A stretch of 64,000 nucleotides of DNA from an uncultured Gemmatimonadales bacterium. Its GTDB lineage: Bacteria; Gemmatimonadota; Gemmatimonadetes; Longimicrobiales; RSA9. Location: assembly GCA_963798845.1 (NCBI GenBank), contig CAWCUS010000006.1, forward strand, positions 576,001 to 640,000, read 5' to 3'. The notes under the pieces are model-generated. The model made no database searches. It worked only from the letters and a program-made list of their open reading frames with translations, and had not been told where the DNA came from. The position numbers were made by a program, and so were the translations under genes. Below are positions 28,536-37,682 of the stretch, one piece after another (the first letter of the stretch is position 1; each line of letters begins with the position of its first letter).

Positions 28536-29117
28536 TCAGTCCGCGCCGGCGAGCCACGTCCCGATGGCGCCCGGCGCGACCACGCCGGCGAGCCATCGGT
28601 CGCCGTGGCGCAGCATCGGGACGGCGGCCACGCCGGCCCTCTCCGCTTCCCGCTGGGCCGCCTCGACGGCCTCGCGGAGCTGGTCGAGTCCGAGCGCCAC
28701 GTGGAGCGCCTCGCGGTCCTCTCCGGCCGCGGCGCCAATGTCGGCCAGGACATCGATCCGCCCGATGTCGGCCCCGCCGGACCAGCAGGCGTGGTAAATG
28801 GCGGTCGCGAGCGCTAGGGCCGCGGTCTGGCCTCGCCCGGCGGCGAAGGCGACGGCTTCGTGGGCTTTGCCGGTGCGCGGGATGCGCTCGGGGAGGCGCA
28901 GCTCGAGCTCCCAGGCAGCCGCGAGGTCCGCGGCGGCCTCGACCTCGGCGGCCACCGCGTCGAGCGCGTCCGGCGGCAGCGGCAGGGGTGCCGGACGCAG
29001 CTCGAAAGGGTGGAGCGCCAGCTCGATGCCGGCGTCGGCGGCGGCCCGGCTCGCGGCGGCGAACGCGAGTCGGCAGAACGGGCTGGTGAAGTCGTGGTAG
29101 AGCGCCAGGGCTGCCAT
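28536..29117 (-). CDS. DsbA/FrnE-like thioredoxin-fold protein
   Basis: YHDFTSPFC (SxxC), FELRP, TGKAHEA and GVAAVP cis-Pro loop. Confidence 0.85.
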   Translation of the reverse strand: MAALALYHDFTSPFCRLAFAAASRAAADAGIELALHPFELRPAPLPLPPDALDAVAAEVEAAADLAAAWELELRLPERIPRTGKAHEAVAFAAGRGQTAALALATAIYHACWSGGADIGRIDVLADIGAAAGEDREALHVALGLDQLREAVEAAQREAERAGVAAVPMLRHGDRWLAGVVAPGAIGTWLAGAD

Positions 29118-29219
29118 GGTGCCAAATGTAGCGGGCGTGGCCATCCCCGGCTCCCGACCTTGCCCCGGTCAACCGCGCCGGGTCATCTTGCCCGACGCGA
29201 ACTCGCACCGGGCAAGGTC

Positions 29220-30431
29220 ATGGGCTCCACGGAAACAGCGCTTCAGTTCAGCGAGAACGTTCGACGACTGCAGCCGTCTGCGACCATCTCCGTTTCCTCC
29301 CTCGCCAAGGAGCTTCAGGCGAAGGGGCGCGACATCATCAATCTCAGCGCCGGCGAGCCGGATTTCCCCACGCCGGCCTTCATCGCCGAAGCCGGGATCG
29401 CGGCCATCCGCGCCGGACGCACTCGCTACACCCCGGCTCCCGGTCTTGCCGATCTCCGCGCGGCCGTCGCCGCGGCGCTGCACCGGGACCACGGGGCCGA
29501 GACCGATGCGGCCGGCGTGGTGGTCTCGTCCGGCGCGAAGCAGGCGCTGTTCAACGCCATCTTCGTGCTCACCGGCCCCGGCGACGCCGTCATGGTGCCG
29601 GTGCCGTACTGGACCAGCTACCCCGAGCTGGTGCGTCTCGCCCGCGCCGAGCCCGTCTGGGTGCGTGGGCCGCGAGAGCGCGCGTACAAGGCGAGCCCGG
29701 AAGCGCTGGAGGATGCCTGGACGCCGGCCGTGCGTGCGCTTCTGATCAACACGCCCTCCAACCCGTCCGGCGCGGTCTACACGCTCGAGGAGCTGACCGC
29801 GATCGCCGAGTGGGCGCGGGCGCGCGGCGTCTGGCTCATCAGCGACGAGATCTATGCCCGCCTCTGCTACGTGGCGCCTCGCGCTCCCGGACTCCTCAAT
29901 CTCCCGGCGGAGCTGAGGGAGCGGGTGGTGGTGGTGAACGGGGCGTCCAAGGCGTTCGCGATGACCGGATGGCGGATCGGGTTCTCGTACACGCTGCCGG
30001 CGCTGGCGTCGAAGATCGCGGCGCTCCAGAGTCACATGACATCGAACGCGGCGACGCCCTCACAGTATGCCGCGCTGGCGGCGTTCACCGCCTCTCCGGA
30101 GCAGGAGCGGGAGATCGACGCCATGGCCAGGGAGTTCCGCGCCCGGCGGGATCTGGTGGCGCAGCTGGCCGCGCGCCACCTGCCGGGCGCGGACGCGCTG
30201 GTCCCGGACGGGGCCTTCTACCTCTTCCTGCGCGCCGACCAGTGGTACGACGGGGCGCACCCCGACTCGGTCTCGTTCTGCCGTCGGCTGATCGAGGAGG
30301 CGGGCGTCGCGCTGGTCCCCGGCTCCGCGTTCGGCGAGGATCGCTATGTCCGGCTCTCGTTCGCGGCCTCCCGTAAGGACATCGAAGACGCGTTCCTCCG
30401 CATCGCCCGCGCGCTGGGTACCGCCGCGTGA
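29220..30431 (+). CDS. PLP-dependent class I/II aminotransferase (aspartate aminotransferase-like)
   Basis: SAGEPDF, GAKQAL, NTPSNPSG, DEIY and SKAFAMTGWRIG motifs. Confidence 0.95.
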   Translation: MGSTETALQFSENVRRLQPSATISVSSLAKELQAKGRDIINLSAGEPDFPTPAFIAEAGIAAIRAGRTRYTPAPGLADLRAAVAAALHRDHGAETDAAGVVVSSGAKQALFNAIFVLTGPGDAVMVPVPYWTSYPELVRLARAEPVWVRGPRERAYKASPEALEDAWTPAVRALLINTPSNPSGAVYTLEELTAIAEWARARGVWLISDEIYARLCYVAPRAPGLLNLPAELRERVVVVNGASKAFAMTGWRIGFSYTLPALASKIAALQSHMTSNAATPSQYAALAAFTASPEQEREIDAMAREFRARRDLVAQLAARHLPGADALVPDGAFYLFLRADQWYDGAHPDSVSFCRRLIEEAGVALVPGSAFGEDRYVRLSFAASRKDIEDAFLRIARALGTAA

Positions 30432-31124
30432 CGCCGGCTGAACCGGGCCTCGCGGCGAGGCTGTCGGAGTACGTCGGGGGGCTGTTCGCGCGCGAGGACG
30501 CGCTCCTGGAGGAACTTCGCGAGGAGATCTCGCGACAGGGGCTGCCGGAGATCTACATCTCCGCCGAGGTGGGGCGCCTGCTGCAGGTCCTGCTCACGGC
30601 CGTCGGCGCGCGGCGCGTCCTGGAGATCGGCACGCTGGGCGGGTACAGCGCCATCTCGGATGGCCCGGGCGCTCCCTCGCCAGGGGCGCCTCCTCTCGCT
30701 GGAGATCGACCCCGAACGGGCGGAGCTCGCGCGCGGCTTCATCCGCCGCGCCGGTCTGGAGGACCGCGTGGAGGTGCGGGTGGGGGACGCGCGGGCGCTG
30801 TTGCCCGGACTCGAACGCGAGGCGCCGTTCGACGCCGTCTTCATCGATGCCGACAAGGAAGGGTACGGCGCGTATCTCAATGCGGCGCTCGCGCGTCTCC
30901 GGGCGGGCGGGCTTGTCCTGGCGGACAACGCCTTCTGGAGCGGCCGGGTCCTGGACGAGGTGCCGGATTCGGCGTCAACGCGCGCGATCCGCGTTTTCAA
31001 CGACCGGCTCGCTTCCGAGCCGCGGCTGACGGGGACGATCATCCCCGTCGGCGACGGCCTGGCCGTGGCCGTCGCCGACGGAGGAGGCCGGCCTACCGAT
31101 CCGAAGACGACTTCTGGTCGATGA
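30428..31124 (+). CDS. SAM-dependent O-methyltransferase (Methyltransf_3), apparent +1 frameshift at 30657
   Basis: The 5' frame has VLEIGTLGGYSAI and the 3' frame has MARAL...FIDADK...LVLADN. Deleting C30657 restores YSAIWMARAL. Confidence 0.88.
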
Positions 31125-31875
31125 GCGTCTGGATCTCCTGCGGCGGGGCGAACCTGGCTGCGTCGATGGGACCGTACTGCACCGAGTCCACCGTCATCAC
31201 CTGCTCCTGCCCCATCATCTGCTGACTGATGGATGTGGCGGTGAGCACGTCGCCGAAACGCTTGTAGTCCTTGAGCAGGCTGACGACCTCGATGGAGCCC
31301 ATGGGCGTCTCCTCGTTCGAGGTCGTGGCCACCAGAAGCCCGGAGGCAATGCTGTAGCAGTCGAAGGTCTCGCGCCCGCTCTTCCACACGAGCCGGACCT
31401 TGTAGCACGGCTCGCCGTTCAGCTCCGTCTTCTCCACGGTCTCACGGGTGGTGAACATCGACGCATCGCGCATCGAGCCCCCCTCCGACGCGCCTTCCAC
31501 CATGGCGGCCAGCTCTTTCCCGTCCAGGAGCCGCGGTCCGAGGTTCGGGTCGAGCGACCAGCCGACCTCGCCGGTGTAGCCGTTCCGGACCTCGCCGAGC
31601 CCCGGGATCGTCACCACGCTCAACACCCGCGTCGGGTTCCTGGCGGCCAGGACCTCCAGTGTTCCCTGGATCCCCATGGCGGGCATGGCGAACGTGCCGA
31701 CCGTGCGGCTGTCCGGCATGGCGGAGATCGCCTTGCTGCCGCCGATCGCTTCGACGTAGCGGTCGATCAGCTTCGCGGCGGTCGGGAGGTCGGCGGCCTG
31801 GGCCGCCACCGCGACGGGGGCAACGGCTGTGATCACCAGCGCAGCCAGCAGGCGGTGGGCGGAATTCGGTTTCAT
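31093..31875 (-). CDS. Secreted hypothetical protein (LolA-like/DUF620-like)
   Basis: Signal peptide, IDRYVEAIGG, NGEPCYKV and DYKRFGDV motifs. Coupled to the S41 peptidase gene. Confidence 0.75.
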   Translation of the reverse strand: MKPNSAHRLLAALVITAVAPVAVAAQAADLPTAAKLIDRYVEAIGGSKAISAMPDSRTVGTFAMPAMGIQGTLEVLAARNPTRVLSVVTIPGLGEVRNGYTGEVGWSLDPNLGPRLLDGKELAAMVEGASEGGSMRDASMFTTRETVEKTELNGEPCYKVRLVWKSGRETFDCYSIASGLLVATTSNEETPMGSIEVVSLLKDYKRFGDVLTATSISQQMMGQEQVMTVDSVQYGPIDAARFAPPQEIQTLIDQKSSSDR

Positions 31876-33314
31876 CTCGAGGCTCCTTGATGGTTGGCAG
31901 CGCGGGCGCCCATGGCGGCCGCGTCGGTGTTGTGTACGTGCTCGATCCAGCGCAGTGCGGCCTCCAGCGTGGCGTCCCTGCCGGCCAGCAGGTCCTTACG
32001 GGTCAGCGGCGTCACGACGTCCGGGACGACCCCCCGGCCTTCCACCCGGTTCCCATCCGGTCCGACGAGGTTGGCGATCGGGTGCATGAGAACGTCCCGG
32101 TTGGGGAGTCGCACCAGGATCGCCGGCAGCGCCTGGCCGCCCGTGGTGTCCCCGAACACCCTCGCCCGGCCGAGTTCCTGGAGCGCCGCGGAGAAGATCT
32201 CGCTGGTGGACATGGTCTCCCCGTCCACCAGAAGCGCGAGCGGTCCGGCGAACGGCTGCATGGCCTTCCCCTGCCGGGTCACGTGCCGCGGCATCGAGCG
32301 GAGGTGCAGCTGCCCCTGGCGCGTCGTCATCACGCCGAGCTCCTTCTGCTCATCCATGAAATAGCCGGAGATCCCCATGACCATCCCCGCCACGCCGCCC
32401 GGATTGCCGCGCAGGTCGAGCACCATGCCGCGGCACCGGCGCAGCGACTGCACGGCGTCGTCGAACGCCGGCAGGATCGGCGTCATCCAGATGTTGAAGC
32501 GGATGACGCCGACGCACCCGGCTTCGCCCAGGTCCGCCGCCCGGGAATCGAGGGACGCGAACATCGTCGGCAGGTTGCCGAAGCGCACCGGCGTTCCGCG
32601 GATGGGCACGGGCACCACCGGGACTTCCACTTCCCGGCCCGCGCCGTCGAGGAGCCGGAGGGCGACGGTGTCGCCGACGCGGCCCGCCAGGCGGGCGTTC
32701 GCCGCGAACGCCACCCTCGCTTCGGCAAGGCGCCGCTGGGACGAGAGCGGCTCCAGGAACCCGAGGAAGCGGGACGCCGGCACAGGGCCGATGGCCTCCA
32801 GGATCCACCCGGGCCGGACACCGGCGCGAGCGCCCGGAAGTCCGGGATCCGCGCGCGAGATCATGAGACGCCCGTCCACGATCCGCGTCTCCAGCCCCAC
32901 GTCGCCGGGGTCGCCCTGGCTTCCGAGCGTCGAATCGGGGTCGAGCGCGTCGGCCGCCGAGGCCGGGATCACCAGGAAGTGGCTGTCGCCGAGCCGCTCG
33001 ACCATGGACTGGATCACGGCGCGGAGGGAGTCGGCGGAGCCGGCCCCGCCGGCCTGCTCGCGGTACTCCTGCCCGATGGCGGCCCAGTCCAGCCCGTGGA
33101 ACGTGGTGTCGTAGTATGCATGCTGGACCCGGCTCCACGCCGAGTCGAACACCGCCAGCGCCATCTCGCGCGTGACTGGCTCCGACGACGGCACGGGCGC
33201 GGTGTCCCCGGGCGCGGCGCCACTCCCGGGCGCGCAGCCGGCGACGGCGAGCGCGAGGAGCGCACCGGTGACCCGGCGCCTGTTGAACGCCCCGCCCGAA
33301 CTGCGTGAGCCCAT
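31872..33314 (-). CDS. S41 family peptidase lipoprotein with PDZ domain
   Basis: Lipobox VAGC, LGDSHF, VLDLRGNPGG, TMSTSEIF and VEGRGVVPD motifs. Confidence 0.9.
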   Translation of the reverse strand: MGSRSSGGAFNRRRVTGALLALAVAGCAPGSGAAPGDTAPVPSSEPVTREMALAVFDSAWSRVQHAYYDTTFHGLDWAAIGQEYREQAGGAGSADSLRAVIQSMVERLGDSHFLVIPASAADALDPDSTLGSQGDPGDVGLETRIVDGRLMISRADPGLPGARAGVRPGWILEAIGPVPASRFLGFLEPLSSQRRLAEARVAFAANARLAGRVGDTVALRLLDGAGREVEVPVVPVPIRGTPVRFGNLPTMFASLDSRAADLGEAGCVGVIRFNIWMTPILPAFDDAVQSLRRCRGMVLDLRGNPGGVAGMVMGISGYFMDEQKELGVMTTRQGQLHLRSMPRHVTRQGKAMQPFAGPLALLVDGETMSTSEIFSAALQELGRARVFGDTTGGQALPAILVRLPNRDVLMHPIANLVGPDGNRVEGRGVVPDVVTPLTRKDLLAGRDATLEAALRWIEHVHNTDAAAMGARAANHQGASR

Positions 33315-33408
33315 GCGCTACCTTTCCGTTGATGCTTCGCGGGATCCCGACGCCGGCGGCGCGAATGAGGGAATATGGGAGAGGATGCCTGAATCCGGGA
33401 GCCCCGCC

Positions 33409-34317
33409 TCAGAACCCTGCTTTGCCCAGCGCCGCGCGAGTGCCCTCTACGTAGCCCGCGCCGAACAGATTCACGTGGACGAGGAGGTAATAGAGCTGGT
33501 AGATCGGGCGGCGCACGGGCTCGTATCCCGGCTCCAGGGGCCACGCCTCTTCGTAGGCGGTGCGGAAGCGGGCGCCGAAGCCGCCGAAGAGGTCGGCCAT
33601 GGCCAGGTCCACCTCGCGGTGCCCGTGGTACGCCGCGGGATCGATCACGGCGGCCGTGCCATCGGCGAGGACATGGACGTTCCCGCTCCACAGGTCGCCG
33701 TGGAGCAGGGAAGGCCCGTCGGCGGTCCCGGGCGCGAGAAGGCCATCGAGCGCGTGGAAGAGGGCGTCGAAGCGGCGGCGATCGGCGTCGCCGACCAGGC
33801 CGGCGTCGACGGCGCGGCGGAGCTGGGGCTCCAGCCGGCGGGTTCGCCAGAAGTCCGCCCAGCTCTCCAGCCATCCGTTGGACTGGGGGAGGGATCCGAT
33901 GAAGTTGTCCTCTTCCGCTCCGAATCGTCGGGCGCGGGTCCGGTGCAACGCGGCCATCCCTCGCCCCAGCCGCTGCCAGAAGTCGGGCGACGCAGCGCCC
34001 GGCTCCAGCCACTCGAGCAGCAGCCACTCGGGCTCCTGACCCACGGCGATGACCGCGGGCACGCGCACGGGGCCCGCGGAGCGCAGCGCCTCGAGGCCGC
34101 GAGCTTCGGCCGCGAGCATCCCCGCGGGGAGGTCCGGGCCGCGCCATTTCAGGAAGAAATCCAGTCCCGCGACGGTGCGCACGCGCGTGGTGGGACTGAT
34201 GCACCCGCCGGCGACGACAGCGGTGTCGGCGATCCTGCCGGCGCCGACTCCGCCCTCATCGCGGAGCGCCGCCTCGACGGCGGCGCGGACGGGCTCCGGG
34301 AGCCTGACGCCGCTCAC
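33409..34317 (-). CDS. Fructosamine-3-kinase family protein
   Basis: GGCIS, DNFIGSLPQ, LLHGDLWSGN, IDPAAY, EVDLAM and YQLYYLLVH motifs. Confidence 0.95.
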   Translation of the reverse strand: MSGVRLPEPVRAAVEAALRDEGGVGAGRIADTAVVAGGCISPTTRVRTVAGLDFFLKWRGPDLPAGMLAAEARGLEALRSAGPVRVPAVIAVGQEPEWLLLEWLEPGAASPDFWQRLGRGMAALHRTRARRFGAEEDNFIGSLPQSNGWLESWADFWRTRRLEPQLRRAVDAGLVGDADRRRFDALFHALDGLLAPGTADGPSLLHGDLWSGNVHVLADGTAAVIDPAAYHGHREVDLAMADLFGGFGARFRTAYEEAWPLEPGYEPVRRPIYQLYYLLVHVNLFGAGYVEGTRAALGKAGF

Positions 34318-34802
34318 AGCCCGCGGTCGGCGCGGATGTGGGAAAGCAGCCCCGCGACGGACCGCTCCACGAGCTCGTGGACGTCCTCGAACCCCCGGGA
34401 GCCGCCGAAATAGGGATCCGGGACGTCCAGCGCCCCGTCCGCCTCCGGATCGAACTCCCGCAGCAGCCGGACTTCGGCGCCGCCCGCTCCATCGCGCAGC
34501 GCTTCCACGGCGCGTCGGTTCTCGCCGTCCATGGCCACGACGTAGTCGAAAGTGGCGAGGTCGTCACGGGTGATGCGTCGGCTCGCCCCTTCCACCGTGA
34601 CGCCCCGGGCCGCGGCTACGGCCGTGGTCCGCGGGTCCGGCGACTCGCCGCGGTGGTAGCCGGACGTTCCGGCGGAGTCCACGCGGAACCGGTCGTGGAG
34701 GCCGGCGTCATCGACGGCGCTGCGGAAGAGCGCTTCCGCGAGCGGCGACCGGCAGATGTTGCCCAGGCACACGAACAGGACGGAGATGTGGGCGTCTGGC
34801 AT
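34314..34802 (-). CDS. Low molecular weight protein-tyrosine phosphatase
   Basis: FVCLGNICRSP P-loop, DSAGT and VPDPYFG motifs. Confidence 0.95.
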   Translation of the reverse strand: MPDAHISVLFVCLGNICRSPLAEALFRSAVDDAGLHDRFRVDSAGTSGYHRGESPDPRTTAVAAARGVTVEGASRRITRDDLATFDYVVAMDGENRRAVEALRDGAGGAEVRLLREFDPEADGALDVPDPYFGGSRGFEDVHELVERSVAGLLSHIRADRGL

Positions 34803-34911
34803 GGCGCTCGCTCCATTGGGGTCACCGGTGGAAAGTGTGCGCATCGGCCCGGCCGTCAAGCGGCGGGTGTGTTATCTTCCCGCCCGAGTCAACGTCTCCC
34901 GGACATGAGCG

Positions 34912-35409
34912 ATGCGAAGACTAGTCCCCACCCTGGCCCTGCTCGCGCTCGCCGCGTGCGACGTGTCGACCGGGCCCACCGAAGTGAAGCTGGACGACCT
35001 GCACGACCCGCCGCGAAACGACGCGGCCGTCGCGCTGACGAAGGATCTGGACGACGGCTTCGGCACGACGGTGCTCGCGTCGGCCACGCAGTACTTCTTT
35101 CCGCTGCTGGTGCCCGCACCCGTGCCCGAGTTCATCTATCTCCACGAGCAGAGCAGCTCGTCGCTCCGGATCGTGCTGCCGGACACGCACACGACCGGGA
35201 TCTTCAATACGGCCGCGGACAGCGTCGATTTCGCCTTCACGGCTCCCGATGGCTCGACCTACCGGCCGCTCACTTCGTGCCGGATCACGGTGACCTCCGC
35301 GCTGAACGACGCGGGCACGGGTCGACTCCAGGGGAAGACGGACTGCCCGGCCACGAATACGGTCCAGGACGTCCGGGTGCTGGTGAAGTTCGACTACACG
35401 CCCGGCTGA
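34912..35409 (+). CDS. Hypothetical lipoprotein
   Basis: MRRLVPTLALLALAAC lipobox followed by a beta-rich body. Confidence 0.8.
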   Translation: MRRLVPTLALLALAACDVSTGPTEVKLDDLHDPPRNDAAVALTKDLDDGFGTTVLASATQYFFPLLVPAPVPEFIYLHEQSSSSLRIVLPDTHTTGIFNTAADSVDFAFTAPDGSTYRPLTSCRITVTSALNDAGTGRLQGKTDCPATNTVQDVRVLVKFDYTPG

Positions 35410-35412
35410 TCC

Positions 35413-36753
35413 GTGGCGCGTCCCGGGCCCAGGCGTGCGCGACCGCGGCGGACGGCAATGCATCGCCACACGAGCCGGAACCGGGTCGCCCGCCACCGGC
35501 CGGGAACACTGACGGCGGGAGCGGCGAAGCAGCAGGCGGGGAGGCGGCTGGCCCCGTTCCGCCAGGCGTCGCGGCTCGCGCTGGGCGTGACCGCCCTGGG
35601 GCTGCTCCTGCTCGGCACGTCGCCCGCCGCCGTGCCGGCTGCGCCGGCGGCCGCCGCGGCGACGAGCTTCGCGTCCCCCGGGCCGTCGCAGGCCGGGGAC
35701 ACGCTTCCTGCCGGCGACACCCTCCAGGGCGGCGGCGCTCCCCGTGCCGACTCGGTCAGCCGAGCGGACACGGCGGCCGCGGCAAACCCGGGCGAGTCGG
35801 CGCGGCGGGCCACGGGAACGCTCCGGGCGCTCGGCCGCACGACGTACAACCTCCTGCCTGCGCTGGGAATCGCGCTGCTGGTCCTGGTGCTGGCGGGCGT
35901 GCTGGCGAAGCTGGTCGGAATGGTGCTGCGGCGGGCGCTTGCCAGCTGGGAGCGTGCGCAGGCGATCGCGGCGCTGGTGTCGATCGCGATCTGGCTGCTG
36001 GCGCTGGGGGCGGCGCTCAGCATCGTGGCGGGCGATGCCCGCGCCCTCGTCGGCTCGGTGGGCCTGTTCGGGCTCGCGCTCTCCTGGGCGCTGCAGGGGC
36101 CGATCGAGAGCTTCACCGGCTGGCTGCTCAACTCCTTCCGCTCCTACTATCGCGTGGGCGACCGCATCGCCGTCGGCGACGTCTTCGGCGACGTCGCGCG
36201 CATCGATTTCCTGACCACCACCGTTTTCGAGGCGGGCGGCGCGCAGAAGAGCGTGCAGGCCGCGCAGTCCACCGGAGCGCTGATCACGTTCCCGAACTCG
36301 GAAGTGCTGCGCTCGAACGTGGTGAACTACACCCGCGACTTTCCGTACGTGTGGGACGAGCTGACCGTGGGCGTGGCGAACGAGAGCGATCTCGGCGCCG
36401 CGATCGCAGCGCTCCAGGCCGTGGCGGACCGCGAGGTGGGGGAGCGGATGGAGGCGGCGGCCAGGGAGTACGCCGCGCTGCTGGAGCGGGCGGGGCTGGG
36501 GTGGGATGTGGCGACGCGGCCGTCGGTTTACGTGGCGGCGCGGGAATCGTGGACGGACCTGACGGTCCGCTACCTGGTGCCGGCCCGCGAGATGCGGAAG
36601 TGGTCGTCGCGGCTGCTGCTCGCCGTGAACGCGGAGCTGGCGGAGCCGGCGTTGCGCGACCGGGTGTTCCCGGCGTACAACCGTTCGCAGGTTCAGCAGG
36701 TCCCGCCGCCGCGCTGGGCGGGGGACCAGGGCACGGATCAGGAGGGCGCGTGA
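35413..36753 (+). CDS. MscS family mechanosensitive ion channel (start uncertain)
   Basis: GLFGLALSWALQGPIESF, YRVGDRI, ITFPNSEV and VVNYT motifs. Confidence 0.9.
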   Translation: MARPGPRRARPRRTAMHRHTSRNRVARHRPGTLTAGAAKQQAGRRLAPFRQASRLALGVTALGLLLLGTSPAAVPAAPAAAAATSFASPGPSQAGDTLPAGDTLQGGGAPRADSVSRADTAAAANPGESARRATGTLRALGRTTYNLLPALGIALLVLVLAGVLAKLVGMVLRRALASWERAQAIAALVSIAIWLLALGAALSIVAGDARALVGSVGLFGLALSWALQGPIESFTGWLLNSFRSYYRVGDRIAVGDVFGDVARIDFLTTTVFEAGGAQKSVQAAQSTGALITFPNSEVLRSNVVNYTRDFPYVWDELTVGVANESDLGAAIAALQAVADREVGERMEAAAREYAALLERAGLGWDVATRPSVYVAARESWTDLTVRYLVPAREMRKWSSRLLLAVNAELAEPALRDRVFPAYNRSQVQQVPPPRWAGDQGTDQEGA

Positions 36754-37682
36754 CACGAGGGACGTGGGTGTGGCGCGGCGGCGTCGCCGCGCTGGCGCTG
36801 GTCGCCGGCTGCGGCCCCGCAGAGACGGCCATTCCGGCCGGCAACGGTGTGTGTGCGGCGCCGGTGATGCAGGCGCAGCTACCCCCGGCGCTGAGTGAGA
36901 GCAGCGGCGTCGCTGCGAGCGCCGCCTTTCCTGGCATCTTCTGGACCCACAACGACTCCGGCGGTCTGCCGGTGGTGTACGCCATGACCGAACAGGGCGA
37001 AGTGGTGGGGGCGGTGACGGTGCGGGGGGCGACGAACCGCGACTGGGAGGACGTGGCGGTGGGGGCGTGCGGCGGAGGGAAGTCGGGCAGCTGCCTGTAC
37101 ATCGCGGACACCGGGGACAACAACGAGCGGCACGATGAGTCCATCATCTACCGCGTGCCGGAGCCGGATCCGCGCAGCGACAGCGTGACAGCCGCGGCGA
37201 CGGCGATCCGTTTCCGCTACCCCGACGGGCCGCGCGACGCCGAGGCCGTATTCGTGGCCGACACGGTCATCTACATCATCAGCAAGGGCAGGAGCAGCGC
37301 GATCGAGCTGTACCGGCTGGTCGGGCCGGCGCGCCGCGGCCGGGTGTCGACGGCGGAGGCCATGCAGCAGGTGGCGCCGCCCCCGACGAGCGTCTCCGCC
37401 CAGGTCACGGCGGCGGACCGGGATCCCCGGAGCGGGCGAGTTGCCGTGCGCACGTACGGCTCGCTGCGCTTCTACGAGATGCGGGCCGATACGCTCGTCC
37501 CGCTGGGGCGGGAAGCCGACGTGGTCTCGCCGGCGCAGCTGCAGGGGGAGGGCGTCGCGTTCATCGCCCGTGACACGCTGATCCTGACGAGCGAGTCCAA
37601 GGGGCCGCTGCCGGCGCTGGTGGACGTGGTCTCCTGCGACCCTTTGCGGACGGCGTCCGACTCCACGGCCGGGGGGGCGTAG
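36750..37682 (+). CDS. Hypothetical beta-propeller lipoprotein
   Basis: GTG 36750 overlapping the upstream TGA. Lipobox LVAGC, ESSGV, WTHNDSG, DWEDV, IADTGDN and DAEA motifs. Confidence 0.82.
   Translation: MTRGTWVWRGGVAALALVAGCGPAETAIPAGNGVCAAPVMQAQLPPALSESSGVAASAAFPGIFWTHNDSGGLPVVYAMTEQGEVVGAVTVRGATNRDWEDVAVGACGGGKSGSCLYIADTGDNNERHDESIIYRVPEPDPRSDSVTAAATAIRFRYPDGPRDAEAVFVADTVIYIISKGRSSAIELYRLVGPARRGRVSTAEAMQQVAPPPTSVSAQVTAADRDPRSGRVAVRTYGSLRFYEMRADTLVPLGREADVVSPAQLQGEGVAFIARDTLILTSESKGPLPALVDVVSCDPLRTASDSTAGGA

Noticed and set aside
30651..30665. Programmed frameshifting in the O-methyltransferase or aspA
   Set aside because: There is no slippery sequence or nearby stop codon at the shift sites. 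Single extra bases explain both.
34338..36749. 5' part of the 1114-aa ORF 34338-37682
   Set aside because: It overlaps three real genes in other frames. Only the part from GTG 36750 (lipobox onward) looks like protein.
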